DNA of 64,000 bases from Raillietiella orientalis (lineage: Eukaryota): positions 1,550,001 to 1,614,000 of the forward strand of contig JAYWIR010000017.1 of assembly GCA_036172245.1 (NCBI GenBank). Reading direction: 5' to 3'. Below are positions 50,801 through 64,000 of this stretch, one piece after another. The position numbers and the translations under genes are program-made. The notes under the pieces were generated by a model. The model was given only the letters and a program-made list of their open reading frames with translations, did no database searches and was not told the origin of the DNA. Each line of letters starts with the position of its first letter. Positions within the stretch are counted from its first letter, which is position 1.

Positions 50801-53800
50801 AAGAACACCCCTGAAGTCTTGAACATAGTAATCAGATATTGGAAGTACCATTATGTGAAGGTAAATACGCCGTTTGTGAACTGACGACAACGATCATTAT
50901 TCTCATGCTGCCAGCCTTCACAATCACAATTTAGAGAGTTTACTTCACTATTCGACTAACTGAGAAGCAATTTCATGGAACCCTTTAGAATCACTTTTAT
51001 TGAGCAAATTTTAACAGATTTTTCCGTTGGTTTCTTAAATACGGGCAGCAAGCGAACCTGCAAATCAATAACATCCCTTGTAAACAGCAAGAAGTCTGAA
51101 GGATGAAGAATTCAATCAAACGTAAAACAAAACATTTTCAGGAATCAACTCTAAACGTTGCTCTAGTTCTTAGACTGTTTCATTTTAGAAACATGTCCAA
51201 AGAACACTGAGGACGAGGACTGTGATGCAAATAAGCGGCCGCTACTGATAATAGAAAAATTCATTGATATCTGACTTCGAATTATTTGCTCCATCTCACA
51301 AGCCTTATCACCGAGGCTGGCGCATACCAAGTACCACAATCATGTACTTGTGTGTCCGATAATTGCCTGTAGTAATCAAGGCTGCGACGGCGAAATGAGA
51401 CGGTTCACTCAACCGGCTTTCTTGAAATGATGGATCTGTGTAGTTTTCCATACGCCAAGATTCCCCGGCGGTAAGTTATCAGAAAATCTTTCGGCAGATG
51501 CTTTCATTTCGCACTTGTTCTTCCACTAATTTCGATTTCATTCTCTTTCTCACACTTCACGATCGTTACGCCATGAGTATGAAGAGGCATCGCATACGTT
51601 TATTTCTCGAATGAAATGTTCTCTGAATGATATCCATTTGGTCAGCATTCGAAGCGATTTTTCAATGAAATGATGTCTTACATCCACGGTTTCTCGAGCT
51701 TTACCCGTTATATCATTTTTATAGACCCAGTGTTTTCTTTAGCAAGTCTGCAGTCTACTTCCTCCGGACAAATATTTTCCTGCTTTCGGTAGATTGCATC
51801 TATCTTTTGCTACCCTTAGCTTTATGCAGCTGAAGTCTCGGCTCGAGTTTCCTATCCTGAAGTAGCCTCTCCGTATTGGATTGATGATTTGGATCAACCT
51901 CCATATTGGTCGTGACTTACAGCGACTTGTACAGCTTGTACATTAGTTCTGTTCGTGTTCTCATCTGCTGCTTTGCAAGAACATTCTTCTTTGCATTCTT
52001 TGCTCTATTCTTTGGAAAATCCGAGAAAACCGAATCCTAAACTCAGTCCTAAAGTCAGTACGGAGATGTCTAGTCGCACGAAGCTCCAGTTTTCAAGAGG
52101 CAACGCGTAATTTGATTTTCGTTGCATTTCTGCGACGAGCATCCTCATGAAAATCAAGATGCTATCAGGAATATGATTTGGCCGTTCCTCTGAGCGAAGG
52201 ATGCTCCACTCACAGAAGCCTTATGAAGCAACGAGAGAACAGACCACAGCTGATTGCATCTTGAATACATTTTCAACCGCTTTGAACAGAAGATATGAGA
52301 GTTCTACACATGAGTGATTCATACTCTTGATACGTATCAGGTACTCTTGGAACCATGGCAAGCTGCTGCTTGGGAACCATAACCGGTTAGGGTTTTCAAG
52401 ATGACCAGAAAATTCATTTGAGGAGGAACTTATTGTTCAGCAGCCGTGTCCGAGACATCGGGTATATGCTGAGCATTCCAACTGCTCTACAGTTTGCACG
52501 TCCATGTTGCTCGTTGTTGTTTTTGACCTGACCTTGAATTCGGTATGTCTTCGAGAGTCTCCTTTCTAGTCTTTAGTTTCCACTCTAGACGCACAATGAT
52601 CAAACGTGGATCCGCGTTCAGCCAGAAACAGTCCATATTCCCATCACATCTTGCGTGAGCGTGAGACCGATTCAGGAAAACCAAAGCGGATTCCTCGTCT
52701 GCCGCTTAGTTCTCCAGCACATGTCCTGATTGTGGATCATTGACGCAGTTACGTTTCCTGACTTGTAGCCCAATTAGTTCATTATAAAATAACTTTCCAC
52801 GTCATCTGATATCAGGATGTCGTGAACTCCTTCCTAAAGTGCCCCTTCCTCGAGTCCTCGGTTCAATCAGATCATGTACAACATCGATATAAACGGTTAG
52901 TCTCAATCAATCGTCAATGCATCCATATCTTCACAATAGGGAAAACTCAATTCACTCCAAGATCCAATCTATCTCTGTCAGAGAAGTTTCGTGTATCTTC
53001 AAGATGGAATCTTTCTCGTCCCTGTTCTTCCAGAAATGACGGAACTCATTTCGATTTAAGAATAAATTTGTAAATGGCATTCAGAATCGAAAAAGACCTC
53101 GCAACTCCTCTTTCAGATCAAAACATTCTGGCTATCTGGAAAATTCCTCCAAGTTGAATATGGAAGGAGAGATAACACTAACATGTCCTAAGGGTTGTTG
53201 CTTGTTGCCCCCCCCCCCCCTTCATGTTGCATGGAGCAACTACATGCGGGGAAACTGATAATAAGCAGAGCTGCAGCTCTCAAGCGATGACGCAGTCGAC
53301 TTTCAGAGCAACATACATATGTGTACGTGACCAGCTGTTCTTTATGAATGTTCCAAAAGACGGAAATCACGATGGACTGAATGGTTCTGAGTATTCTGCT
53401 ACTGCTTTTGCATGACACTAGAAAAACTGCCACGCTGATGTTGGTCATTGGACTCATCGTCGGTGCAACTTACCACCGAGCGAAGCGATGATGTTCATTT
53501 CTGTTCCGATGCTCTTTTTTTTTTTTTTCTTCTTTTTGAAAAACACAACGAGGCAGTGTCAAAAGAAGGCTTTACACGAAAACAAGGGAAAGACCTGGAA
53601 ATACTGAAAGTGTAGAAGCGTTTCCGAGGCAGCAACAGCAAATCTTCGGAAAAGTTCACGAAGAACGAGTCTGCACGCGATCCCACGATTCTCCCAGTGT
53701 TTCCTCGAACCCTGTCCAGAATTTTCCGACTTTCGCTTTAAAATGGTATTTTTCATGTCTTTTTTTTCTTTTCTTTTCTTATACTACCACGTGCAGCGAG

Positions 53801-54749
53801 AGCAAATTATCCTCCCTCTTCGTCATCATCTTTCTGCAGCATGCTAAAAATTCACAGACATTTACCATGATGCTGGAACACGAAAACTTTCGCGCCAGCG
53901 TATTCAACGATTGTCTAGGTGTGTTCCGACTGAGAGAGCCAACACCTACAGAGGCACGAGGAAGCATCGAAAATGAATAATGTCGTTCGCAGCTTCTGTA
54001 TCCAAGCAACGCACGACCAGTGCTTCCCGACGATGTGCCGAGGGTTTCTTGCATGCAAGCTTTCCCAATGCCTTAGGAGCACTCCTCGCTGATTCCGATC
54101 CGATCTTCACGATCCACGCGCAATCAGATCAGGAACCGCATCGTTCCTCCTAGGCAGAATGAAAGCCCCGTTCAAAAAAAGCAGGCACCTTGCTGACTGA
54201 TGCTTTCTGTGCTGTTCTTCTGAGGCCATTTTTGCTTGATCGGCGATCGCTTGCAACCGGTAACAGGGAAGTCTCCCCGAAATAGTCCCGAGAATATTGA
54301 ATACCCATTTCCGGATCCAATTTATCTCAGCGCTTGCAGTTGTCAATGTTGTCAAAATCTGCTCCGAATGTGCGCGGATATCTCCGCTTGTTCCGTGCGA
54401 CCGAGCCTCCTCGAAATGGGTCGCCACGCTAACTGTTGTCTGAACGACGCGCATCATTTGCGCAATTTCACTTTTAGCCAAGTTCACACTGTATCATTAC
54501 TGCGGCAACGACGCGGCAGTATCGGTATTTACGAGATAATAAACCAAAGATTCTCAACGTCGAACGGGAAATAAACGTCCGGATCCGCGCAGTTTCTTCG
54601 TATCATCGAGATCTGCTAGCGGAGCAGATTCGCGCTTGCAATGAAGTGCAAACAAAAAAAAAAAAAAAAAAAAAAAATGCAAAAAATCCGTCAGGAGAAT
54701 ATCCCGGATCTAATTTACTGCGGCGTGAAATCAGTAACTCATAATAGTT

Positions 54750-57700
54750 AATCCGGATAATAGCGCAGCTTCCGTGCTGGAATCCGATCCCAGAGCAATC
54801 GGACGGTCGATGCATCCGACGTTCTTTTTGTGCTCCTGCCAAGCGCACGTGTGAATCCCCTGGATCCGATGGCTTTCTCTGAGTGCCACCCTGGGACCCG
54901 TTCGTGCAGCGGCGGTTGGTCCGCTGAAGTCCGCTTCCGGGCGGCGAGTGACCGCGGAGGCGGGCGCTGCGACCTGCCGGCTCGCTGAAAAAAAATCCGC
55001 TCCGGGCCCCTCCGAGAGGTCGCGCCGGTGCTGCATGCTCCTCGAACACGTGGCCGTCCCCGGCCGTCTCCTCGATGGCCGACAGCGCAGGGGTCGTGTG
55101 TGGGAAACTATGCGGGGTTTAGGTCGCAGCCGCTCGCGCATCCCTCGACGGGCGAGGGGCTGACTCGGGGTTGGCTCAGGGCCAGACTTCCTCTTCTGCG
55201 GGAAGAAACCCCCTCAACAACCAGAACAACAAGCCACGGGGAGTGCAGGTTTTCGTGCCTCCTACTTCCGATGGGGGTCGCCGGACGCAATCCTCGAGAC
55301 TTCTGGTCGGGACTGGCGAACGGTGAATGCCCACCTGGTGAGGGCATGCGCAGAAACGGACCACGATCTGAGGGCAGATGACCTCAGCGCGCTCAAGAAA
55401 CTTCTTCGCACGCTTGTCTAGTGTTCGGGAATCGAAGAGGGTTGGTGCATGTGGAAAGGCGGATGGACCGGGGCGCCGGCAAGTGTCCGGATTGCTCGCG
55501 GCTTCGAAGACGCCGAGCGCCTGCGGATGCCCTCCGTTAGTCAGCCAACAGCGTTTGCCGAGACGGGACAAATGTCCTCCAGAGGCTGCTGCCGCTGGAT
55601 CCAATGAGGCAATCCGCATCCATCCAGAGTCTTTGAACAGCTTCAGCTACCGCCCCCATTCCAGTGAGCTCGGAGATCCTTGAGGTCTCCCCAGGAGACC
55701 GGTTCTCGCTTCCGGAGTGGAAGGGGAGGGGAGAAGGGACAAACAGGAAAGCGAGGGATGCTGCTGGTTTAGGGGATGCTGGAGATTTGCTCCTGGACTC
55801 GAAACAAAATAAAAACAGAAAGAGGCGCGTCGCTAGAGGGCAGGTCAGTCGGGGTCGGCCGTGACGCTGATGCGGCATGTGCACTTCCGTCAGACAACGA
55901 TGGAAGCCCCCCAGTGGCATCTTCCTCCTGCCCCCCACGAAGGCGCTCTCGTCCTCCCCTCCTTTTGTCCTTTCCCTTCCCTTCCCCAGCCGCGAACCGA
56001 GGTCGCAGCGAGCGCCTCGCTCAGGGGTTGCGAGTTCCTTCGCTTCTCCGAGGGTGGAGGGGCTGCCGTCTGGCAGTTCAGCTGTTGTCCCGCGAGACTG
56101 CGCGGCCCTGGGATGGCACTGGAGTGTTGTTCCTTTCCGCGCCCAGGTGCCCCCCGGTAGGAAGTTGGCGACCGTCCGCTACCCGGGTACGCGTGCGCGC
56201 GGCCACTGGTTCCTTCCCCTCCCCCCTTTTCTGGAGGGAGGGGTTTGGAAGAGAGGAGCAGGGCCGCCGCTACTTCCCCTCCTCCTTTCTTTCCTTCCTG
56301 CTGTTTCGGTGGACTTTCAAAGGGTCACCAGGGCCGAGGGACTCCGGCCCGCCGCGAAGGCGGGCCGCCCGCGCGTCCGGGAAAAGCGGTGGCGGGGGCA
56401 GAAGCACGCGCCCTCCGATGGCTCCAGAGACCCGAACCCCACTCTCGGAGAAGCGCGGGAGTTTCCTCCCTTCCCCGCCAGCTCTCTGCCTCCCTTCATC
56501 CCCTGAGACTCCTCCGTCCCTTCTCTCCCGGCTACGAATTTGTTTACACGAACACGCGCGTTTCCCGGGTGATAACACGCTGCAGAGCCCGCCCGCCCTG
56601 ACGTAAACAGTTCCCGGTTCCCGGACGTTCCTCGATGGGGGCCTTCGGAGATCCGAGACGCGTGTGCGCTTCTCCTTTTCCTTTCCTCCTCCACCTCCCT
56701 CTTCCCTCCCCCCTCCCCCCCTTCTCACGCAGGGATCGCTCCTCCGGCTGCAACGCTGTCTTCGCCGCTTCCGCATCCCGGAAGCTGATACCTCCTCTCC
56801 GGTGGGGGCTGTCTCCGTCCTCCTTCCCTTCCTGGGGTCCTCCCCTAGTATCACAGCCCCTGCGCCTCTTAGCAAATGGGTGACTTTCCGCGCCGGACAT
56901 CGCTTCCGAGGCGGCAGCAACGCTCTGACCCGAGTGCGCCTTCCCTCCCCACGCTAATCACCCACGGGAAAACGACCCCGGGCACCCACGCCCTTCCCTG
57001 AGTAGGCCCTCCCTGCTTCCCTGCTCCTCCCGCGCCGTCGGAGGGCGCCCCGCGAGGGAGGAGCCTGGCAGGAGCAGCGCTTCCAGGGACGACTCTTTTC
57101 TCGAGGCCGGATGTCAGGTCGCTTGCTGGGAGGAGGAAGAGTCTGGGCGGTCCAGGAAGGGCCTCCTCCTCAGATCTTCTCTCCCTGAATCGCAAGAAGG
57201 AAGAGCCGCTCCTCGCGTGCGCCTGCCCGGTTCAGACGGTGCATCGGCGGTTTCCAGGTTTCCCGGGAGATCAGGTTGCAGGAATTCCTCCTCCCCGCAA
57301 CCGGAGACGGCGCGACCTCGGATCGAGGCGGCCGCCCGGTGTCTCGGATAGCCGGGAAGATGCTGTTTGTTGTCAGAGGCAGGACCACCGGGACACACCC
57401 GCCGCTACCGCCTCCCCGCGGAGGCGGCGGCGCCACGCGCGCGCGCGCCCGTGGGTCCCTCCCTCGAAGGGGTGGGCCGGCGCCGCCGCGGTCTATACGC
57501 CCCGTCACCAGCTCGGCCCGTCCGATCCGCTGCCACGAGCAATGAATGCCTCGGGGGAAGGAGGGGGGAACGGGGTCCCTTGGGGGCCACGGGTGATGGT
57601 GCCCCCCTCTCAACTCCTCTTCGTCTCCGCCGTCGCTCCCCTCCCCCCTCCGGCCTCCGACCTCCCACACAGTTCTCTGGACGAGACCACCGCCAGCACC

Positions 57701-59000
57701 AGCGGTGGCGAACCTGATACCGCCTTGGCTGCGACCTCTTCCCAGCCCACCCGTCCCGGGGCACCTACGCGCCTCCTCCCGCCTCCTCCTCCCAGAGCGG
57801 TCCGCGGCGGAGGCTACAGAGGCGTGAGACCTTCTCCGCTACCCCATCCGTTCCTTCCCTCCTTTCTCTTCCGCAATCTCCCTGGACCCAAAGGTCGAGA
57901 TCCATCCCCGCCAACGCCACCTACCCGATGAGGAAAAGAAAGGTACAGAAGAAAGGAAAAAGGAGCGGAGGACGGTTCATCTTCTTCCTCCCCTTTTTTC
58001 TCCTCTTCCTTCGATCTCTCTCGGATTCCGGCGGCAACCCTCTTTTCCCCCGTGTCTTCTCATCTAATCTCGAGAGAGAAAAAAAAGATTCCCTCCTCCT
58101 CCAGCGTCCCCCTCCGCTTCCTCTTCCGTGGGCGGATCTGTGCGGCACCGACCCTTTCCTCGCCCCTCGCAGGGGGAGTGGGCGTGGCAGGGAGGTGTAT
58201 GCAGAATGGTGGAACAGCCACAAGCTGCTCCCCTCCACGAATCTGCAAGGATGCTGCGAACCCGAATCTCAGCCACCCCCTCCCGGGAGTCCTCTCCCCG
58301 CTCTCCCTCCTCCTCCGCCGTGGCTGAAGGGATCTCCCACGGCTCCGACATGAGCAGCCTCCGCCATCACGAGCGCGGCCAGGAGTTCGGGACTCTCGTG
58401 GCCTCCGCAAGAAGGCGCTGCCGTGTGCAGCGTTTGTCTTCCTCCTGCTCGCCCGAAGAGGCCGAGGGTTGCCGCACCGCGCGGGAGCAGCTGCACTCGG
58501 CTCCCGCGTGACGGCTGCTCCTGCGGCAGTTGCAACAGGATGCTTCCTGGAAGTCTGATCTTCCGTAGGGCCTCCTGGAACCTCGACTTTCGTTCCCGCG
58601 GCGCGGTGGCGCCGCTGCTGCTCCTCCTCTTCCACGGCTGCTGGCAGAGAGAAGGCGTAAAAGGGCGAAAAGCAATCAATGTAACTGCGCAGCTTCCTGT
58701 AGCATCCGATGATGGTTTTCCAGCATCTTCGAGGGTCGGGATGCCACTCGGAGCAGTCAGACCCGAACAGGCGGGCACCGAAGAGACCCATCGCTCTCTC
58801 CTACCTCTTTCTCCGCCTCCTCAGCACCCCACCAGCCTCTTCCATCTCAAAAGCTTCTGAAAGCGCGAGGCTTTCTGACCCAGAGATCTCTCCGGGAAAG
58901 TCTGTCTCGAGTAACGAGGGGTCCACGGGAGCGAAGGGATTTTCCTAGTCAGGCGTCCTCTTTGGGCTTTGACCCCTTCCTCCGGGCCAGAAGCCACTTT
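54750..59000. promoter_or_regulatory. GC/CpG-rich island 8-12 kb upstream of the Tbx1 start codon; possible promoter or enhancer domain
   Basis: The composition is seen directly. A regulatory role is inferred only from its position upstream of a developmental transcription factor. Confidence 0.35.
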
Positions 59001-62000
59001 TTGGCAAACTTCTTGCTGTCTCGATATTCCCGTTCCAGAATTGGGGAGCTCCTTTCGCAGAGACCTACTCGCAGGCCAACTCTGTTGTCATGAGTTTCCC
59101 GGGAAAGTTAGGATCCTTCGTGCAAAAGGGGAGCAGGCCTCTCTGGGGGATATCTCTCTCTGAGTCCCTCTCGATGAGCGACTGGGAAGCAGCGTGACTC
59201 TTCAGGCGGATAGGCAAAGCGAGTGAGCAGCTTCTGGTACAGCGACAAGATCTGGAACCAAAGTACTCTCTGGATGAGTGAACTCCTTTTGGGTCTCCGG
59301 AAGAGAATGCAGACAGGACACATCTCCTTTTTTCTTCCCGAGAACAGAAGAGAATGGCGTGACGATCCGAGAAACGGTGCTGCACAGGAAACAACGCGCC
59401 AACCAAGGTTTCAGATAGCCCGTTATTCCAGAAGTTCCAGATCCTTGAGGGAATGGGGAAGTAGATACGCAGCTGGATTGGCAAAAAGTGCATCCGATGA
59501 AACCTCTGAATCCTGGGAAGTGATTGGGAAGTGAAGAAGGAAGCTGAACATGCGGCGGGGGGGGGGGGGGGACAACAGATTCCCATTCCTGTGGCAAAGA
59601 GGACACCTGATTCGGAGACAGATGCTGTACTCACGAATAATCTAGCGATGCGCAAGTCTGGAGGCTAGCTCGGTGCGCAGGGAGCATGTCCAAAGATGGA
59701 ATCAACAACCGAAAGAGTTCAGGAACCTCGCAAATTCGGTTGACCTCAGAGAGGGGACTGTTCCAAAGCAGATCATTCTCACAAGAAACTGAGTGGAAAC
59801 TGCTTTGTGGAAAATGCAAATCTGGAATCCGCAACAGATGGAAGGAGCTCCATGAAAACACGACAGAGCTCGGCATTAGTAAACTCAAAAGGCTCACAAA
59901 AATTCGAAGCTGCACATGGACCAGTTGAACTGGCAATTCTTCCAGGATCCCATATCATTTTCGAAGGTAAAGCAGTCACAATTTCAAGAACAAAAATTAG
60001 GAAAGGAATTGTCGCTTTCGTCAATATGCCTGTAAGAAAACGAGATCACCAACGCAGGCTCTATCTTGTGGACCTGCCTTGACTTTCAATTGCGGAACTC
60101 TGCTCTCTTCACGTTGAAGTTACGCAAGCCTTTGCTACAGAAAAGTTTTCTTTTCCATAGCCACTTGGACGTTTCCTCTAAGATGAATTCATCGAAAGTG
60201 ACCCGGCATTTTTCACCCGAGAAGCTAAAATCAAGATAACCAAGATATCATTTCAAGGAACTCAGTGCTAATTCCTGAGATCAACTCTTTTATGAGATAC
60301 CAAGCAAGGTACAGTCCCATAGCAGGAAACTGCAACGACTAACGAGACTCCCCTAAGAGACCACTACTTTTTCTCACTACCTAAGATGGCGCTGAGGGCA
60401 AATCCCACTGCGAGTGGATACAGCAGAGCAGATTTGAGAAGTAAGGGTAAAAAAAAAAAAGAATGCAAAAGAAAAGGAATGTTCTGTGAAACTCTTGGAG
60501 ATCTTCCGTAGATCAGTTAGCTGATCAGTAGCTGTCGATGCCTGTCGACGCAGAAAATTGTCCGTGAACAATACTAGAAAGCTGCATGAAAGTAAATTAT
60601 AAAAAACGTTCTAATGATATACACTGAGAAATGAATGTATTATGGAAGTCTAACATCAACTTTGAATCTCGTGCTAACGGCAAATTTGTCCATGGCTGTT
60701 GTCATATGTATAAGGTCCACTTATGACACTTACGTAACACTTGGAGTGTTTTTGATTCGGCTTTAAATAAGACATACTCACAGAGATAAAGCAACGATAT
60801 GGAGCCCCAAAAGAACTTTTAAGAAAGGAAAGGATGAGTCAAGAAATAATAATCAATGCCTTTTTAAAGGTTTCGTTTCTTCGATCTGTATTTGTGGATC
60901 GAAATCCGAAAATGCAACAGCGATGATGTACAAGAAACGTTTAGAGGGAAGTGCCGAAGGTCAACTGACGAGCAATTAAATTCTGTCCATGCTTTTCCAA
61001 AAAAGGCCACTTTCAAGTCTGATCTCTGAGGTGTAACACAAGAAAGCATTTGTCCATATTGTGCATACTCGTCAAATCGTTTGCTACTATTTGGCCCTAG
61101 CAAATCACACAGGTTGTTGTCAAGAATACTCTGAAGTGGTACTGTAAATGATCAGTGATCAACAGTGCTGGATTCACTATGATTAGGAAAACGTCTCTCA
61201 TGTTTGATGAAAACTGAGCTGCAAGAATTCTTCCTAGGAAGTAGCAAAGAGAAATTTCTGACTGAAATCCTTCTCGTGGGTTTTCGGTTTCTCACGAGAG
61301 TGAATTCTTTTTAAGAAATTCTGAAATGGGCTTTGCCTTGGCATACTTGTTGCTGATATTGAATGCTTTGCGACTCCAAATTTTCGTTCAGAATTTTGGA
61401 CATCAAAATTTGCGAGGAAATCTGTTTAAAATCTTTCCCAATCACTCACTCCCAGGCTTAGAAAGGAATAGAACCTCTGTCAATTTTTGAAGCGCTATCG
61501 ATACTGGAATTTGATGTCTTCTAGCAACACTTAAAGATTCCAGTTTTGCAAAAACGTTTGAGAGGCTGTGCTGTTTAGGATACGTATCAGCAACAAAATG
61601 GAGGTGTAATCATTGGTTTGTGTAGGAACACTATTTCTCTGTGCGGAAAAATTCCTTTAGGGCTCAACTAAAGGAATAGGGCTTAAGGGCTTAGACTTTT
61701 CAACAGGTACGTAAGATTGTGAAAGTCATCAGTTTAAGCAAATAATCTGAGAGAATAATGAGTACTCTTGGAAAAAAGAAAAACGTACTCTAAAAGTTTG
61801 AAATGGGAAATGGCAACCCTGAGAAAGTAAGAACTAGTTGATGCCGATAAAGTGTGCATTTCGTCAAGAAGAAGGATAGTTTATCAAAGGGACTACAGCT
61901 GTCTGGTGATTTCAAGATGTGCTAGTTACATCTGAAAAGGGAACTGTGGTCAGAAGAGTCGAATCTCCTTCGAAGCCATAGATTTTCTGAAATCCCGAAC

Positions 62001-62503
62001 CCTGGGTTTCGCCATCACGCCCCTGTTTACCATGCACCACTCCTCCCACCAGCCGTCTGAATGCCAGAGGCACACTCTTCCGTTCTTGAGTTCAACCTAG
62101 TAAAAGAGAGTTTTGATGAGAAAAAGAGGTCTGTCCCGAGCTTGACCAATGATGCTCGTTTTCTGCATCAAGCTGACTGAGTTTCATCGTTTACGACGTT
62201 TCATCCCCTTTGAGTCCCAGAAGGAATCCTGTTTGCTACGAAAAAAGGCTTGTTTCCTCATATGGTTCTTCCAGCAAGATGGTAGATGTTTGGAGGTGAA
62301 AGTTATTTTCTTCGTCGGAATGATGGGTCATCGGGTCAATATTCTTCGATCATCAATGGTTCTTTCACCTTCAAAGTTTTGACTTTGATTTCAAATATTC
62401 CCATATCCAAGAACTCTCTCGTATGTTAGCTACCGTTTTCTGTCTCAGAACTCTTGATGCTCTCTGCACAATTTGTAAACCCTGTCTTCATCAACGAAAA
62501 AGT

Positions 62504-62549
62504 AATTACACAAATATACCAAATGATCCATTGGTATATTTGTGTGATT
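62504..62549. repeat. 19-bp inverted repeat with an 8-nt loop
   Basis: aattacacaaatataccaa / atgatcca / ttggtatatttgtgtgatt; 18 of 19 Watson-Crick pairs plus one T-G. Confidence 0.9.
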
Positions 62550-64000
62550 CACGCGTGAAAATCCATTTTCAGGGCAGAGGATGTATACAAAATATATTGG
62601 AAGCCCAAAATGATTTTGAACGAAAAGAAGCCCACACAGCCAATTCACCCTACAGAGAACGAGAGAAAGGCAAAGTCTAAGATATCCTGTTATTTCATTT
62701 TGAAGAACTTAAAAGCTTTTTTTGAAAAGGAACTTGGAAGTGAAATAACCATGACACGTGTACCTTGACCAAAAGCCTTCTTCATCAACCGTTTGTATAA
62801 GAACTGGATCGACGACCGATTGCTTCTATGATTTCCTTTCTATGTGCCTGGAATCGAAACAAGGACTTTCCTGAAACATTAATACCTTAGGAAAACATGG
62901 AAAGAATGATGACCCTTTGCAAAGCAACCTGACCCAAGAATCAAAAAGTGAAACACGTCTTTCCTCGTCGCGAAAAGAATACTCTAAATAAGGAACTTCA
63001 GTTGAGAAAACAGAAAATTTTTTTGAAGACATAGTCCTTCACTGTCATGAGAAGAGGTAGTACCAATCTAAGTATCTATCGCAATGAGTCTTGTGATTAC
63101 CAAAATAAAATGATAACATGCAAACGCAGCAATTTACTTAGTCGCATAATCAGTGAGTTTTCGTTTGCAGCGTGGAAACTTTTGGGTGACCGATATCAGC
63201 TTCAAAGGTGCTTCAGGCAAGTGCTCTCAGTTCTCTGCTTCATGAAATAACAAACTCTCAGGAAAACCCACGATGCGGAAACCACAACCGCCAGAAGTTC
63301 TTCAGACCAGCAACTATATAAGTGTTAAGTGTTGTGTCATAAGAAAACGAGTCCAGTCGTCCTTGTCATATCTCAAATGTTGTGCCACATAACTCGGACT
63401 AATTGACTCAGCCAAATGAGGAAGAATGAAATCCACAGAAGGAAACCGAAAGTCCAAAGTGCCCAGGAAATTTGAAGCAACGAGATATTTTTTTTTTTCC
63501 TTTTTTCGTACCTCACGTGTCTTCACAAAAGCTCCTGTGTCACTTTGAAAGTGGCCTCGCATCGCTCAAAACCAATCACCTCAAGCTCAATAAAGTCTGT
63601 GGCTGGAATTCCCACTCCATCTACGCATGATCCACGTTATTTCTCGGCAGTTTTACATCCAGTTGTCTTCTGTACGCTTTTCTCAAGTGCTTAAGGATTC
63701 CTGTTGTGCAGTGCTGTCAATTTTCCTACCGAATAATTCAAAAGAGCCATGCATGAGACGAGCTCTCACTCACGAATGAGTGCATGGGTGGGTACTCATG
63801 CATGAGAACGAATCCAGCAGCGAATCAGAGGACCAGCATATTAGAACGGTTGCTGCATACTAACCGGTCGAAATTCGGTATGGTTTCGAGTGGGATGAGA
63901 GCTGGAGGATGGACCAATACTTGGTTATCGTATTCTTTTTCCTTTTTCAAGAGAACCATCGTCATGATCTCCAAGCAGCGAATTATGCGTAAAGAGGAAA

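Noticed and set aside
53474..53498. Phase-1 mini-ORF MNIIASLG with donor G|GTAAGT, preceded by a GTEM look-alike
   Set aside because: It is phase-compatible with exon 2 but has no Tbx1 similarity. The real GTEMIVTK lies in exon 2, and 46804-46861 is a better first exon.
54603..59655. Long ORFs in the upstream GC island
   Set aside because: Low-complexity translations in all six frames with no domain.

Overview
This is eukaryotic (animal) genomic DNA, most likely from a protostome such as an arthropod; the taxon is an inference. The window is dominated by one spliced minus-strand gene encoding a Tbx1/org-1 subfamily T-box transcription factor. I rebuilt it by hand as 8 coding exons: 46861-46804, 44340-44037, 33804-33688, 33647-33491, 29439-29287, 29146-29079, 21183-21086 and 12108-11777. 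All 7 introns are GT-AG with matching phases, giving 1287 nt, or 428 aa plus stop. Around it lie a 5'-truncated, frameshifted L1/Tx1-type retrotransposon fragment (~6.9-7.6 kb), possible exons of an unidentified neighbouring gene at the far left, three GC/CpG-rich non-coding islands, and several small repeats and hairpins. The most notable oddities are a 40-nt intron inside the T-box with a competing in-frame acceptor, and a 13/17-nt candidate micro-exon with a full set of splice signals just upstream of exon 2 that would break the reading frame. Most long ORFs in the supplied track come from GC-rich non-coding DNA and look spurious. I found no support for RNA genes, CRISPR arrays or a new multi-gene system.
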